In this document: positions 14,915-29,060 of the stretch, in pieces
How the letters are laid out: every line of letters begins with the position of its first letter
How positions within the stretch are numbered: the first letter of the stretch is position 1
Assembly (NCBI GenBank): GCA_964016885.1
Contig: OZ024746.1
Location: 66,464,001 to 66,528,000 of the forward strand
From: Eledone cirrhosa
Taxonomy: Eukaryota
DNA: 64,000 nt
Direction of reading: 5' to 3'
Notes under the pieces: generated by a model
What the model was told of the DNA's origin: nothing
The model's database searches: none
Seen by the model: the letters and a program-made list of their open reading frames with translations, nothing else
Position numbers and translations under genes: made by a program

Positions 14915-15019
<105 letters not shown>

Positions 15020-15517
15020 CAAATAAAGATTCAGCGAGAATCGCATTTCGGCGGGCAGGAAAAGCGAAGCGAAACGCAAAAATCAGAAATGAAACTGGCA
15101 AAGTGCTCAATAGTTAAAAACCAGAGCTAAACATATATATATATATACAAGGCCCGCTTGATATTGTTTGTGTAGGCAATATAAAACACAGACTTTCGTA
15201 TAATAATTTCAAATCTTACACAGTTTGATGCCGAATCGTAACTAATAATTACATTAGTGCAACGTTTTAGAAGCCACACACCCTGTCAGAATTTATCAAA
15301 GCAAAAATCCGAAATGAAATAGCTATTATGAGCTTTTATTATTATTTTTTTATTTTTTATTATGTCCTGTTCAACAAATGAAAATCATTCCTTTACATAT
15401 TTTCCATTAGAGTATACATTATGTATACTTGACTAATTTAGTCAATACGTTTAGCTGATGTTTAAGAGACATGAGCGCACTATGGGATCACTATTCTAAC
15501 CTTGACGTCCAATCTTC

Positions 15518-15568
15518 CACTTTGAAGTCATATATACTCACTTTGAAGTCATATATACTCACTTTGAA
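15518..15568. repeat. 21-bp tandem repeat (CACTTTGAAGTCATATATACT) x ~2.4
   Basis: Directly visible. Confidence 0.8.
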
Positions 15569-17255
15569 ATCGCTATTCCTTCTTTTATCCTGCGAGAGCA
15601 CAATCTGGAATGATCTTTCACAATTTGAACTGATATGTCTTCAATTAGAATTACAAATATTGAGGTATATAACACATCATATTGTAGAGGAATTGAATAC
15701 AATATCGTTTCTTCATTAAATGTACTAAAGCTGCCTGTAGTTTAAATATGTACGTAGAAACATCACACTCCGGTCGTTTTTCTTCAGACATTGCTATTAG
15801 AGACAAAGTAGAACACCCGGCATTTTATAAAGTATCTATGGATTTAACAGCCATGGTATAAGAAAAAATGTTTATATGTTAATTAGCCAAAAATTTTAAA
15901 AAAATTATATATTACTGGGGCTTCACACAATGCGGATAATATTTATAATGTAAGTAAGATGGTGTATAATTTCAGCTTAGCCTTTATCAAGCAGCTATAT
16001 GTACAACTGTGTCCCAAACTCAAATTATCACGGTGTCATTTAGGATCAGATTACTGGAGGTATTTGCATATTTCAAAACTGTAGTGCATAAAAGATTTGT
16101 ACATTTTTCCTAGTTCTGGTGCTCCTGCTATTATCGGTGTTCTTGAAGTCAGTTTAACCTTGATGATGCAGAATAAGGCTTATAATGAATATAATTTAAG
16201 ATATTGCTATGTTAGTGAGCAATGAAAGCGGGTGTAATGGAAAGGTACCGAATACACGGAATGTCTTGAAAGCTGAAATAGTCAGAAAATGTAATTGCAT
16301 TCGCCTATTTGGCGTAATTAGGTTTGACAAATAATTTTCTAAACAGATTCTTGAATAAATCATGATAGTATAATTTGATGTAGAATATCAGAAATTCAAT
16401 TTAGAATGTTATTTTGGGAATAATGTACTGAACAAAGGGAAACTCATTACTAAAAAATATATGTATTCATTATTAAAAGTAATAAAACTCAGAAACGAAA
16501 CCTAGGAGGCCATATTATGGAAGTTCAATTAATTTTCTGTTTGAATATGTAGAGAACTATATTTTGGCCTCAGTACATTTGAAATTATCAATTTATTTAA
16601 CTTCCCCTTCATAATAACCAATATTGAATACATAATATTTACATATAGGGGGGAATTGTCAGTAGATCCAATGATGTATTTAGATAGTAATATATATGTA
16701 TATATATATATATATATTTATAACAAATATATGTATACACACAAACACCCCACACACACATATATATATAAAGGCATAGGAACAAATTACCATAACAGAA
16801 ATATATAACATTCATGAGTTAATAAGGTTCTTTTAAGTGTCTGCACAGAATGCTAGAAACAACAGCTAAATTAGAGTGGATTCACATTTTACTACCTTAA
16901 GGAAAATATGGTTATGGAATAATGCTGTCCAGGATATCCTATTCCTTATAAGTTGTAGGGAGTATAAAAGCGTGTTGATCATAATTCAATTCAATGAGAC
17001 CTGAATTACATGATAAAAACAACATCTGGATGTTGTTTTTAGTATTTTAAAGTATTGAAATTTATCATAATATAACACATCAGTTCAACAACACTGATTT
17101 ATAATTTGATTGTTCTGAACGCGCCAATTTAACAATATAATATACTGCATTAATTTAACAAGTTCCAAGAAAATGAAACTTGCTCACACTGAATAGATCA
17201 AAGCGGTCTAAAAAAATACATCAATTGACATTAATGCATCTAATTCTGCAAATAA

Positions 17256-19044
17256 CACCGTGTAACAAAAAAAATGTTTTCTCTGTTCCTGGCTTGTAAT
17301 CACTTTTTTGTGTTGCTTAGGTCCCAAATAAATTAAAAAAAGTGCTATTAAACAGTTTAAAGTTTGGGTTTGTAAAAATTCTAAGCTATTCACTAGAATT
17401 ATTTGTATGCTGGATTTACGTTGTAAGTAAGTTTAAATTCCTTATGTTAAATTATTTTTTTTTATATATGTTTCAGGTTAAATTAAAATGATAAAATAAA
17501 GAGTAATACCTAAAGAAAATTATAAAAGTGCAATAAAGTATAAAATTGTTAAAAAGTGGATAAAGAGATTTATTGATACTGGGGTACCAGAAAAAGTTCC
17601 TCACTTCCCAAACCAAAGTCAATGACTTGGTCAGGGATATGGGTCTGACCAAGTCCAATGCAGAGCTATTCGTCTCCAGGATGAAGCAGTGGAACTTGGT
17701 CAAGGAGGAAGTGCAGGTGACAAGTCAGAGAAATCGACACGAACCTTTCACAGGCTATTACACTCTTAGGGATGGCCTCTGCTTCTGCCATGGCGTGCCT
17801 GGACTGTTTGACGTTATTGGGGTGCCGTTTGTGCCCAGGGAGTGGCGGCTATTTATAGACAGCTCCACCACAAGTTTGAAGGCTGTCCTCCTCGACAATG
17901 GAAACAAGTTCCCGACACTGCTCCTAGCTCATTCAGTCTGCCTGAAGGAAAATTACTACAGCGTGAAAGTCCTCTTGGAAGCTCTGTAATACAACCAGTA
18001 TAATTGGGATATCATTGGAGACTTCAAGATGGTGGTTTTCCTGCTTGGAATCCAAGGAGGCTTTATCAAATTCCAATGCTGCCTCTGCCTTTGGGACATC
18101 AGAGCCACCTCTGACCACTACAAAAGAAAGAACTGGGAGCAGCGAAAAGAATTTGTAGTTGGGACATGGAACGTCATGTGGGAGCCACCGGTTGATCCCA
18201 GGATTTGCTCATGCCGCCACTGCACATTAAGTTGGAGTTGAGGAAGCAGTTTGTGAAGGCTCTCAACCAAGAATCAGCCGCTTTTAAGTAACTTCTTGAG
18301 TTCTTCCCCAAGTTGTCTGAGGCCAAAATCAAAGGTGGAATTTTTGTTGGACCCCAGATAAAGAAGGTGTTTGAGTCTACCGAGTTCTCTAATAAGCTCA
18401 ATAGGATGGAGAGAACAGCATGGAACTGTTTGAAGTCAGTTGTTCAGGGCTTCCTGGGCAACTACAGAGCTAAAAACTACCAGCAACTGGTGCAGGATTT
18501 GATAAAGGCTTTTGGCGCCATGGGATGCAGGATGTCGCTTAAACTCCATATACTGGACACTCACCTGGAAAAATTCAAGAACAATATGGGTGCCTACTCA
18601 GAAGAACAAGGCGAACGATTCCACCAAGATGTGAAAGAGATAGAGCGGAGGTACCAGGGCCACTAAAATGAAAAAATGATGGAGGACTATATCTGGGGGC
18701 TAGTGCGGGAATCCGACCTGGACTACAACCGCAAATCCAGGAAATCCAGTCATTTCTGACGTGTATAAGTTGCTTTATAAGTGTTATTTGTTTTTACTTG
18801 TTTGCTTTTGATAAGCTTGTGTAATAAACTAAATATATACTCTGTTCATTTAATTATATGAACTGATAAATTTTTTTAAAATGTGTTTTTTACTTGAAAG
18901 ATATGAAAATTTCGAAATATCAAACTCGTAACCACAAACCCAAACTTCTGATTAAAAAATAGTGTTTTGTTTTATAATAATGGGATATAACAAACCAGTA
19001 AATGACACTTAGAACCGGGGAATAAAAAAATATGTTACACGGTG
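17256..19044 (+). mobile_element. Chapaev3 (CMC) DNA transposon, internally deleted, pseudogenised transposase
   Basis: Termini CACCGTGTAACA...TGTTACACGGTG, preceded by TAA. Transposase motifs LFIDSS..SLKAVLL.NGN, IIGDFK, CCLCLWD, PPLHIKLG, MSLKLH, SEEQGERFHQD..E.RYQG are spread over 17573-18759 with stops and a frameshift. Confidence 0.88.
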
Positions 19045-19958
19045 AATCAAAGTATCCGAGAATTTATTGACATTGTAACTACACGATGTGCAAGATTTCG
19101 TAAAACTTACGACATATATGTGTATCACACAAACATCAATTATAGGCAATAGAGTTGATAGTACGAGAATTCCTCTCGGAAGTTTTCATGATAAATTATT
19201 TGCTTGTAAAAAAACCATCGGAAAATACATATAATATAAACGCCTCTAAGCTCAGCAATTGCTAGCATTTCAAAATATTTCAAATATATTACATTGATTT
19301 ATGAGAAGAAATAACATGAAACATATTTTCAGAATTTTTACTTAATCCGAAGGGATATAACATCCATAATAATTTGACCACAAGTAATCCGACACCACAC
19401 AACGAAGAAGAATTTCTAATGAAATAAACTTTCAAATCATAATCATATTTTGAAAATAAGATAAATCACCTTAATGTGATAAATCACATTAATGTGATAA
19501 AATGAGATAAATCACATAAAATATATGTGTATATATATATTCTTAAATAATACATTTCTAGAGAGAACGAAAAATGATGCGAACAAATGACAGATTCAGC
19601 TTCCTGGGTCTAAACATCTAATGGAATATATGTTGTTTTTCAATAAGGGTAAGGTATAATAACAGACTTTTAAATTCAAATGTAGCATAATATGTTACGT
19701 AACTTGAAACACAATTGTTATAATCATTTCGTATAACACGATGGTTTTGGTAAATGAACAGCTACGTATCTGCCAATAGAGAAAAAATCATATCATGCAC
19801 GAACACATGCACACATACATGCATCGACACATATACACTCTCACATATTCATTTACATACATACGCACACAAACACACAAACACACAAACAAAAACATAT
19901 ATATATATATATATATACGATATTAAACAAATGGAAACTATGTTTATAAAACCATATT

Positions 19959-20024
19959 TATTTCATTATACATATTTCAGGGATACCATATTAAAAATAT
20001 GGCATGCCTTCGTCAGATAAAATA
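19959..20024 (-). ncRNA. Type I hammerhead ribozyme (family of 11983 and 34231)
   Basis: TATTTTAT-CTGACGA-AGGcATGCCATATT...AATATGGTATcCCT-GAAA-TATGTA-TA-ATGAAATA. Lies in an inverted unit at 19916-20123 between (TA)n tracts. Confidence 0.8.
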
Positions 20025-20322
20025 CAATATATAAACAGTTTTATAACAAATTTTGACGTACCATAATATATTTATAAAATATTTACTTGTTGTAACCCAA
20101 CAATTTTAAATAAAACTTTTGCATATATATATATATATATATATGTATACATATTATATATATATAACTGAACAAAAAAGAAAAGCGAACAGAGACATAT
20201 ACATATATGTGTTCAAATCGTAACGGACCAGATTCGCTAAGATGAATAGGATGCTAATTATAGACTCAGTTTAAGAATAAATCAAGAAAATAAATACAAA
20301 CCAGAATTGTGGTAACTACCAA

Positions 20323-20403
20323 TCACCCGGACAGTTTTGATAATACTGTTTCGCAATATTAATTGTGAAGAGGAATACCAAATTCTTGCTCATCAGCGGG
20401 TGA
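20323..20403 (-). ncRNA. Canonical type I hammerhead ribozyme (GUC site)
   Basis: TCACCCG-CTGATGA-GCAA...TTGC-GAAA-CAGT(attatcaaa)ACTG-TC-CGGGTGA. Perfect 7-bp stem I and a closed stem III. Confidence 0.9.
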
Positions 20404-20656
20404 AGAACTATTAGTATCCTAGTCACTTCTAAGTATATTAAAAAACTTGATAGTGTGCGTATATATAACAACACACACGGTATCAGAACTAAAAATATAG
20501 AGATAGATAGAGATAGAGAGAGAGAGAGAGAGAGAGATGTAAGTATGTGTCTGTGTGTATGTATGCGACTGTGTGTGTGTGTGTGTATGTGTGTGTATGT
20601 GTGTGTGTGTCTGTGTGTGTATGTGTGTGTGTGTGTGTGTGCGCGTGTGTGTGTGT

Positions 20657-20696
<40 letters not shown>

Positions 20697-20925
20697 ACAT
20701 AAAGATGAATTTCTATTTGATTACATTCAATACTCATGTTTCTGTGATTTTGTTCGGTCGGGAGGTTTCATGTCATTAATTCGAGATTGCATAATTATGA
20801 TTGTGGCGTAAAGTATAAGGTAACACTCCACACGAAGATAGTGAACTTCTCCAGGTGAATTTTACGCAATGTTGATTACGATGTCCATTCAGCTATACAT
20901 TTCAGTGAAACCCGTAATTTATCTG

Positions 20926-21365
<440 letters not shown>

Positions 21366-21469
21366 TTATTAATTATTTATTAAAATAACAGATTCAAGTT
21401 TAAGCAAAGAATCGCACCTTTCACCCTTAACGGGAACTTCTGAAACTTATTGAGGCCTCTTTGGATTTT

Positions 21470-21660
21470 GTGGATTGGCAGTATCGGTAGAGGGTCGGGC
21501 GTCATGCTTTGACGCATATAGTTACGGCCCTTTCCATTCTGAGTTCAAATCCCGCCGAGGTCAACGTCGCCTTTCATCCTTACGGGGTCGATGAAATAAA
21601 GTACCAGTAATGCATTGAGTTTTGCTGGCGTCCTGCCAAAACAAGTAGAAACAATTATTA
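21470..21660 (+). mobile_element. tRNA-derived SINE
   Basis: A box TGGCAGTATCGG, B box GAGTTCAAATCC, same body as the other copies. Confidence 0.9.
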
Positions 21661-21670
21661 CTATATATAG

Positions 21671-21860
21671 TAATAATTGTTTCTACTTTTGGCTCAAGGC
21701 CAGCTAATACCCAGTGCATTACTGGTACTTTATTTTATCGACTCCGTAAGAATGAAAGGCAATGTTAACCTCGCGGGGATTTGAAGTCAGATCATAGAGG
21801 GAGGTAACTCTATGCTTCAAAGCATGGCGTCCGACTCTCTACCGATACTGCCAATCCACC
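21671..21860 (-). mobile_element. tRNA-derived SINE (tail-to-tail with 21470-21660)
   Basis: Full-length reverse copy separated from its partner by CTATATATAG. Confidence 0.9.
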
Positions 21861-22007
21861 TATATAATGCTTGTGTTTAAGTTTACATGTTCGTTAACGT
21901 ATGTCGAATGAGTGTGTGTATATATGTACATTTAAAAACGTTTACACTTGTAACCTTTTAAATATGTTTTTATGAATGCACTTTACAAATATAGTTGTGC
22001 TTGTGTG

Positions 22008-22106
<99 letters not shown>

Positions 22107-22254
22107 ATGCTTTGGGAGGGCCATGTTGCCAATAAGAAACACATGCACCATGTGCTTTCACTCCAATTTATTATAAATTAAATTCATAAATTTAAGAATT
22201 TACAAATTTCCGGTTTGTTGGTTGGTTCCACAACTGGACGGTTGTTCATATATT

Positions 22255-22297
22255 ATCAAAGTCCTTTCGTCACATATTCTGTGACCTCTTCAGTGAC
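22255..22297 (-). ncRNA. Minimal type I hammerhead ribozyme in a PLE-like 3' fragment (22101-22300; second copy 27828-28012 with core lost)
   Basis: GTCA-CTGAAGA-gGTCACA(gaata)TGTGAC-GAAA-GGAC-TT-TGAT. Confidence 0.65.
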
Positions 22298-22549
22298 TGG
22301 GGATTCTTTTCTTTGTTTTTGTGCCTCTCCTTTGTTCTGCCCTACGCCATCTTGTTTTTGTGTGTGTTCTATATATATGTGTGTATATATATAGAAAAGA
22401 TGAATATAAAATGAAAGTGCTTTTATAAACGAATTTATTAGGTATTGACATATGTTTCTGTAACAGACGGAATACCTATGTATCGCTGCTTGCGTAATCA
22501 TATAATGTTAGCAAGTATTCGATAGAAAATTTATAATCAGTTGTCACTT

Positions 22550-23156
22550 CTTCAGAGATATTGGATACATTGGAAAAAATCAGAAAAATTAAAGTATTTA
22601 TATTAGTTGTAAGAAAGGAAGAGGAGAGGGTATAGTATATGACAGATGGCAATTCAATTTACTGGTAAACAAGTATCTAAAAGGTTTCTAATGAGAATAC
22701 AATGAGTATATGGTTTATTTTATCTAAATAAGAATTTTTGAGAGTGCCTATTTTAATCTATACTTGACCAATTGAACAATGGACAGGGCTGGTCGTTTGG
22801 TGTAGTAGTATTAATAGATATAAAGTGTCAATTAAGGAAGAGGGAGATTTTCACTGCTACTGAATAACAACAATGCTGGTAGACTGCTGGTATATGCATT
22901 AGGGAATTGAATTAAGAAATCTCATTTTATCTATAGCAGTTTATATTAAATGGTAAAGAATAGAAGGGTTGATAGAATTAAGACTAATAGAGAATATACT
23001 CATTGTATTCTCATTAGAAACCTTTTAGATACTTGTTTACCAGTAAATTGAATTGCCATCTGTCATATACTATCCCCTCTCCTCTTCCTTTCTTACAACT
23101 AATATAAATACTTCAATTTTTCTAATTTTTTCCAATGTATCCAATATCTCCGAAGA
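22550..23156. repeat. Inverted repeat, arms of about 160 bp (22550-22711 / 22994-23155)
   Basis: Near-identical reverse-complement arms ending at a CTGAAGA / CCGAAGA core-like motif. Confidence 0.8.
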
Positions 23157-23481
23157 GTATTCAGTTGTGGTTTTAAGTTTTTAAGTTTTTACCGGTTGCG
23201 CATTTCTAAATGCTTTTCAAAAATAATTTTGAGATAGAGTGTCCGTGTTGTTTGCTCAAACAACACGGACACTCTATCTCAAAATTATTTTTGAAAAACA
23301 TTTAGAAATGCGCAACCGGTAAAAACTTAAAAACTTAAAACCACAACTGAATACTAACCCATACAATCACTAATACTCTTTTATTCCTAATTAAACCATT
23401 TTTCAACTGTGAACAATTTGTCAGCATTTTCTATTCCGTTTACCAATATATAATAACTTGTGTGTTACACCTCTATTCTTT

Positions 23482-23488
<7 letters not shown>
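23156..23488. mobile_element. Fold-back PLE-like unit (99-bp arms 23156-23254 / 23257-23355 plus tail) with variant HHRs
   Basis: Near-perfect palindrome with a 2-nt spacer. Each arm reads TTT-TTGAAAA-(G/A)CATT(tag)AAATGC-GCAA-CCGG-TA-AAA. The tail matches 33871-34012. Confidence 0.78.
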
Positions 23489-23543
<55 letters not shown>

Positions 23544-23622
23544 CAGATTATCAATAATGTAGTGATAATAGATTGTCACGTTAGAGATGAACAGCGTACG
23601 TGTAGGTTTGCTCAACGAGTAT

Positions 23623-23724
<102 letters not shown>

Positions 23725-24945
23725 AAGTATATAAAGAGAGAAAAACAGAGTGAATAGTAGAGAGAAGATAGATACTAATATGTAGCCTGTGATCTTCTGT
23801 TTGAAGAGAAGTGTGTTCTTCAGCAATTATATCACACTCCTATCATTACTTTCAGCTCAGAACCGTTATTCCACCCTCAGCTTTGCATCATTCGTATAGA
23901 AAAAATAATATTAATTCATGGAGTGGCAGGAAAAGTATCGTATCAGCTGGAATGTTACATTATTGATATTATAGTTTAGATTAGCTTAATCTAATATATA
24001 ACATATTCATTTTTTATCAATCTTTTTCTACCGAATATATTTAAGGGTTGTCCAGTTTTATTTAAAACAATTATAGTTTAAGGATTTCTCATTTCGCCTC
24101 GGGGTAGTGGACAACAACGCTTTCCATCATATATCGTCAATATAGATATTGCTGAAAGTTTAATTCAGTTTATAGATTTCTATAAGCCTGTACTTAATTC
24201 CACCACCTGAGCACACATTCCAGGTTTATGAATGATTATATGTAAATGGAAAATGAGTAAGGCCTCATAAAAGAAGTGAGTGAATACTACTTGATAGCGA
24301 CAGTCGTTATATAAGTGGATTAAACTTTACATTTTGTATGCAAGTCTTCATTTTCTATCAAGTTTATTCGGTCATTTACGTCCGATATCTCTAGCACTAC
24401 ACTAGCTAACATTTGCTTCTGCAATATCCACTTTGGCTTTTAATGTTCTTTCTATTTCTCACACTCTATGTCTCCATTCATCTATCTTTCCATATATACC
24501 ATCAATCAGACTTTCCACATATACATAAACGCAAATATGTCACCTTATTGCAGTGACATTGATGTAAGGGTGTACATGTCCCTTGCTTTTGAGTATGAAT
24601 TCTTTCTACATGTAAAGTAATAGAAAATGGAGGGCATGTAAATTACATCTCATTATATAAGAAGCAATGGCATTGCAACAGATTGAGTGATCTGTATAAA
24701 TTTCAACACAAGCGAGCAGTTTGTTACAGCGGTTGGTCTAGGGATGTAATTGAACAATATTAGCATATTTCAATCTGGTGTATATTTTCAATGTCGTCAA
24801 GAAGTGAATAACTAGAAATGTTAGATACTATGTATGTTGCATTCTGCTAAGCTTTCTACAAATAAAGCCAATCGCATATAAAGTATAATTATTTCCAATA
24901 CCTCCCTCCCCCCACACACACTTATATATTTATATACATATATAC

Positions 24946-25030
<85 letters not shown>

Positions 25031-25139
25031 GTAATAATAATAAATTGGAGACTAAAATCCAAAGAGGGCTCGATAAGGATAAATATATATCAAATATATA
25101 AGAACCGTAGAGCAAATATTTATATATATATATGCATTT

Positions 25140-25690
25140 TCGAGGTCTACAAAACAAGGCTATACACCTTGGAAACACTCCCATGATTTTTGGACGACCT
25201 GCCGCGATGTGTATATTTTTGGTCAGCTGTGTTGCGTCTGGGGCGTAAACCGCACTCTTCATCAGATAGTTTGGACTCAACAAAAATCCTGTATCATTTT
25301 GTCAGACATTTAGCTTAGACTTTACCGGGGAGCCTTAGCAACGAGATCCCTCTGTAATTGGAACAATATCTCTTCTCTTCCTTTTTGAAAATTGGGATTA
25401 TTTCTCACGATTGGCATTGCTTAAATTTCTTTCCAGAGATCCAGACCACCGGGTTCACCCTAGTGAGCCAGATAATATTATTTAAGGCTTTTAACATCTC
25501 AGGCCAGATTTCATCTTCTCCAGTGGCATCGTCATATTTGAACTCTTTAAACTCTCTTGTGACCTCAGCCTCCGAGAGGTTAGGCACCGCTCCCAGATGC
25601 TGTTGTGATTGGGTTTCGAAGATCAGTGAAGTATTTACTCCACCTCGCGGCGACGCACCATTCTGACGAGAGGAGAACCCTGGGCGCGTT
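25140..25690 (-). mobile_element. RTE (BovB-like) LINE RT fragment, decayed
   Basis: GEDEIWPEMLKALNNIIWLTR...IIPIFKKEEKRYCSNYRGISLLRLPGKV*...ESKLSDEECGLRPRRNTADQ. Confidence 0.85.
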
Positions 25691-26848
25691 AATATATTTA
25701 GTATTCAGTATATATATTTCTGTTGCATATATATCAATCCATGATTTCTTATATTTTTATACAATGTACATATTTGTTTCCTTATGTGACTAACGTAAGC
25801 ACATTAAGCTAATTTGACAACTAAATCTTACTTTCGGCATTGTTGTAACATATATGTACTTCCTATAGATTTTGCTATGGAAAAAATAAAGATGTTATAT
25901 TGATATAGATTTCGGCATTTTTGTTTCTATCTCAATGTATTCCATTCTTCACAGTTCCTTATGTAGAGACTTATGTTGAAGTTAGCCTTCATTGATTTAG
26001 ATAAATGTATGATTTTTAGCCATATTGAACATAATAGACATTTGTCCCAGGAGAATATTAGGATTGAAATCATTTCACATAGGCTGTATTGTGTATTTAT
26101 TTCATCTCTTTCACTCTCTCATTCTCAATCATCGTGTTATTTTATCATTTAAAAGTGAGCTCCATAAACATAATAGAAAACGTAATCATTTTAGCAAAAT
26201 CGGATGTATAAAGGATAATTGACAAAGTTTTGTGAACACTAATATCATGTGATACTAAATTTCTACAATAAAATCTAGTTTCATTGTAGAGAATTCTCAT
26301 AAGTATATTCTTTAAATAAAATAGTAATTCAAAATATGAAACAAAACCTTTTATCTCCTTGCATATAAACTTACTCTCATCAGAGTCAATTTAGCCTTGT
26401 CGAAATAATTCTCTTTTGCAGTAAACTTTTCATTGTTTTCTACGACCATCCGTCAAGATGAATTCCCAATCTGCTATTATATTACATACATCGATGATAA
26501 AGATATCATCCATAAATTTATGGCTTTATCAAGCTATAGCTTTCAGCCAGAATATAAATGTCCTAATGGCTTTCATGGCTCTTAAGAAGAATATTTTATT
26601 TTAGCAGCAATCTTTTAACGTCTACCATTATGTAAAATTCCGTTGAGGGAAAAGTCTAAGATACAACATGCATATCCAATTTATCATAATTATGATCCTG
26701 TGTTCCCGTACTTGTAATGAATCACAATTACAAAAAAATATCGTTATGAGAACAATAAAAAAACAAAGTGCTTCATGAAGTTAGTCCATATGGAAATTAT
26801 GGAAATCTCTAAACAAGGCAAAACAAGGCCAACATCGATCTTATATAT

Positions 26849-26931
<83 letters not shown>

Positions 26932-27717
26932 ATGTTTGTGTATGTATGTGTGTGTATATATACATATATATATTCACATATACTTATACATATATATATA
27001 TACACCTAGCTAGATAATTAGATAGATTCATAATGTAGTTATGTGTGTGTAAAATTATCTGTCTCTTCTACGAGCTAGTCTGTCACGGTGAAGGGTTCAA
27101 ATTGTAATGAAGAGAAGTATAGTATGGCTGCAAGATTACTCGTATTACCGCCCGTGGGATCATATTTACAACTAGTAGCAAATATAATCACAAACGTGAA
27201 AACACGATTATCTTGAATCACAAATTTCGATTGAGGGTTGATTCTGTAAAAAATATCCACTAAAATAATATTTAGGCGCTAATATGGCTTTATTGCTAAT
27301 TAATTTGCTTTGCAATCCCCTAGTTTCCTGTGGGAACCCTCTGCATGATGTTTTGAGCAATTGCATTGGCAACTTGTTTCTGAGTGAAAGTTGGTAGTCG
27401 AATTTGTACGGGCATCTAGTCGTTTACATACATACACACACTCACACACGCGCTTATACACACTCGCACACTTACACACATATATATATTGTTTGTGTGT
27501 GTCGCAGTGTGGATTTGTGTATAAATGTGTTTATGACAAATGTTTCTATATCTATAATTCGTAACATAGCATTTCCACCAAATGAAATATGCGAATGATT
27601 ATCCGACTTGAATAAATAAGGAATAGAATAAAATATGATCGACTTAAATCATTGAAGGTGGTGTACTATATATACATCTATATCTATCTATCCATCTATC
27701 TATCTATCTATCTATCC

Positions 27718-27760
<43 letters not shown>

Positions 27761-28011
27761 CCCCCATCTCTTTCTATCTCTCTCTATCTCTGTCTCTCTC
27801 TCTCTGTATACGTATATATATACATATATTGTTATGCTTTGGGAGGGTCATGTTGCCAATAAGAAACACACGCACCAGAGGTTTCACTTCAATTTATTAT
27901 AAATTAAATTTATAAATTTAGGAATTTATAAATTTCCGGTTGGTTGGTTGGTTCCACAACCAGACGATTGTTCATATATTGTCAAAGTTCTTTCGTCACA
28001 CATTCTGTGAC

Positions 28012-28750
28012 ACTCTTTCTGGTGTGGCTCATTACTTTATTATTTCTATTCGGAATTGTTATAATTTCCAGTGTATATAAATCTCAACAAAATCATGTGT
28101 CTTGTTATATATGTTCAAGACTCAGCAGCCAGAGATAATATGGTTAATTATTTCTTCCCTATCCCCAAACAATCTGCACTTACAGTTTCTTTCTTCATTA
28201 TGCACTCTAGTTTTTCTCTGCTGGTGAGGCTTGAGATCAGAGAGATAAGACATATTTCTCTGTCGGCTTTTAGTTCAGTGCTTCTTTACACATTTTATAA
28301 AGTTTGCTTTTCCACTCCCTTCCAATACAACGTTATTGGTATTGGATACGTAAGATATTTTCTTGCATTCGTCTTAGCTTTCCTTTCTGGAAATCTGTTT
28401 CCAATTTAAATCCCCTTTTCCCAATTTCTGTTGCAGTATTTGTTTTAATTTTCCATACAATCATCTGTCAATTCTGATTTGAAATTTTTGGTTTTCCGGA
28501 AGACACAAAATAATTACTATTTCGTTCATGTATTGGAGTGCTTTTATTAACTTTCCATTGTACTTCATTAGATATTTTTTACTCCTACAGTGGATATTTG
28601 AAAATAGTTTACAATTTTCAATGTGCCCTGTCTTCTCTGTGTTCAAATCATATATAATCATTCTGCATCTGATTATTGTTATTGTTTGTCTTTTTCATTT
28701 GCCTTCAATTTTGTTTCCATTTCTTGCCGAATGTCTTCCTGGACCTAAGA
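28012..28750 (-). mobile_element. Dong/R4-clade LINE C-terminal fragment, decayed
   Basis: Minus strand reads CKCRLFGDREEIINHIISGC*VL...THDFVEIYIHWKL*...TPERV, the R4/Dong CCHC knuckle-RHD region (CRLC...ETI.HI.SGC..L...RHD.V...IHW.LC). Confidence 0.75.
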
Positions 28751-28822
28751 CATAGAAAGTTTCTGCATACATTGCTATTCCACAAAATAAACCCACCAGA
28801 AAATTCACGCCACGCATTTTAC

Positions 28823-29060
28823 AGAGATACAAGTATATCATTTCTTTTATGCTTGTGTACATTATCTGTTTAAAATCATATACAACATAATTATTTCTAC
28901 TTTTGGCACAAGGCCAGCAATTATCCCATTGCAAAATAAAGTACCAGTAATGCACTGGCATAGTTGCTGGCCTTGTGCCATAAGTAGAAATAATTATGTT
29001 CTATATGATTTTAAACAGATAATGTACACAGGCATAAAGCAAATGATATACTTGTATCTG
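28823..29060. repeat. Fold-back duplication of a SINE 3' end plus about 65 bp of flank
   Basis: 28823-28922 is the reverse complement of about 28961-29060. It contains the SINE tail GCTGGCCTTGTGCCA.AAGTAGAAAT. Confidence 0.75.

Noticed and set aside
21470-21560. tRNA-like A/B boxes
   Set aside because: SINE heads. No cloverleaf or acceptor stem, so not tRNA genes.
25255-25270. CTGATGA matches inside LINE fragments (also about 58727 and 61124) and isolated ones (about 26377, 31055, 39529)
   Set aside because: No supporting helices or correctly placed GAAA. Chance heptamers.
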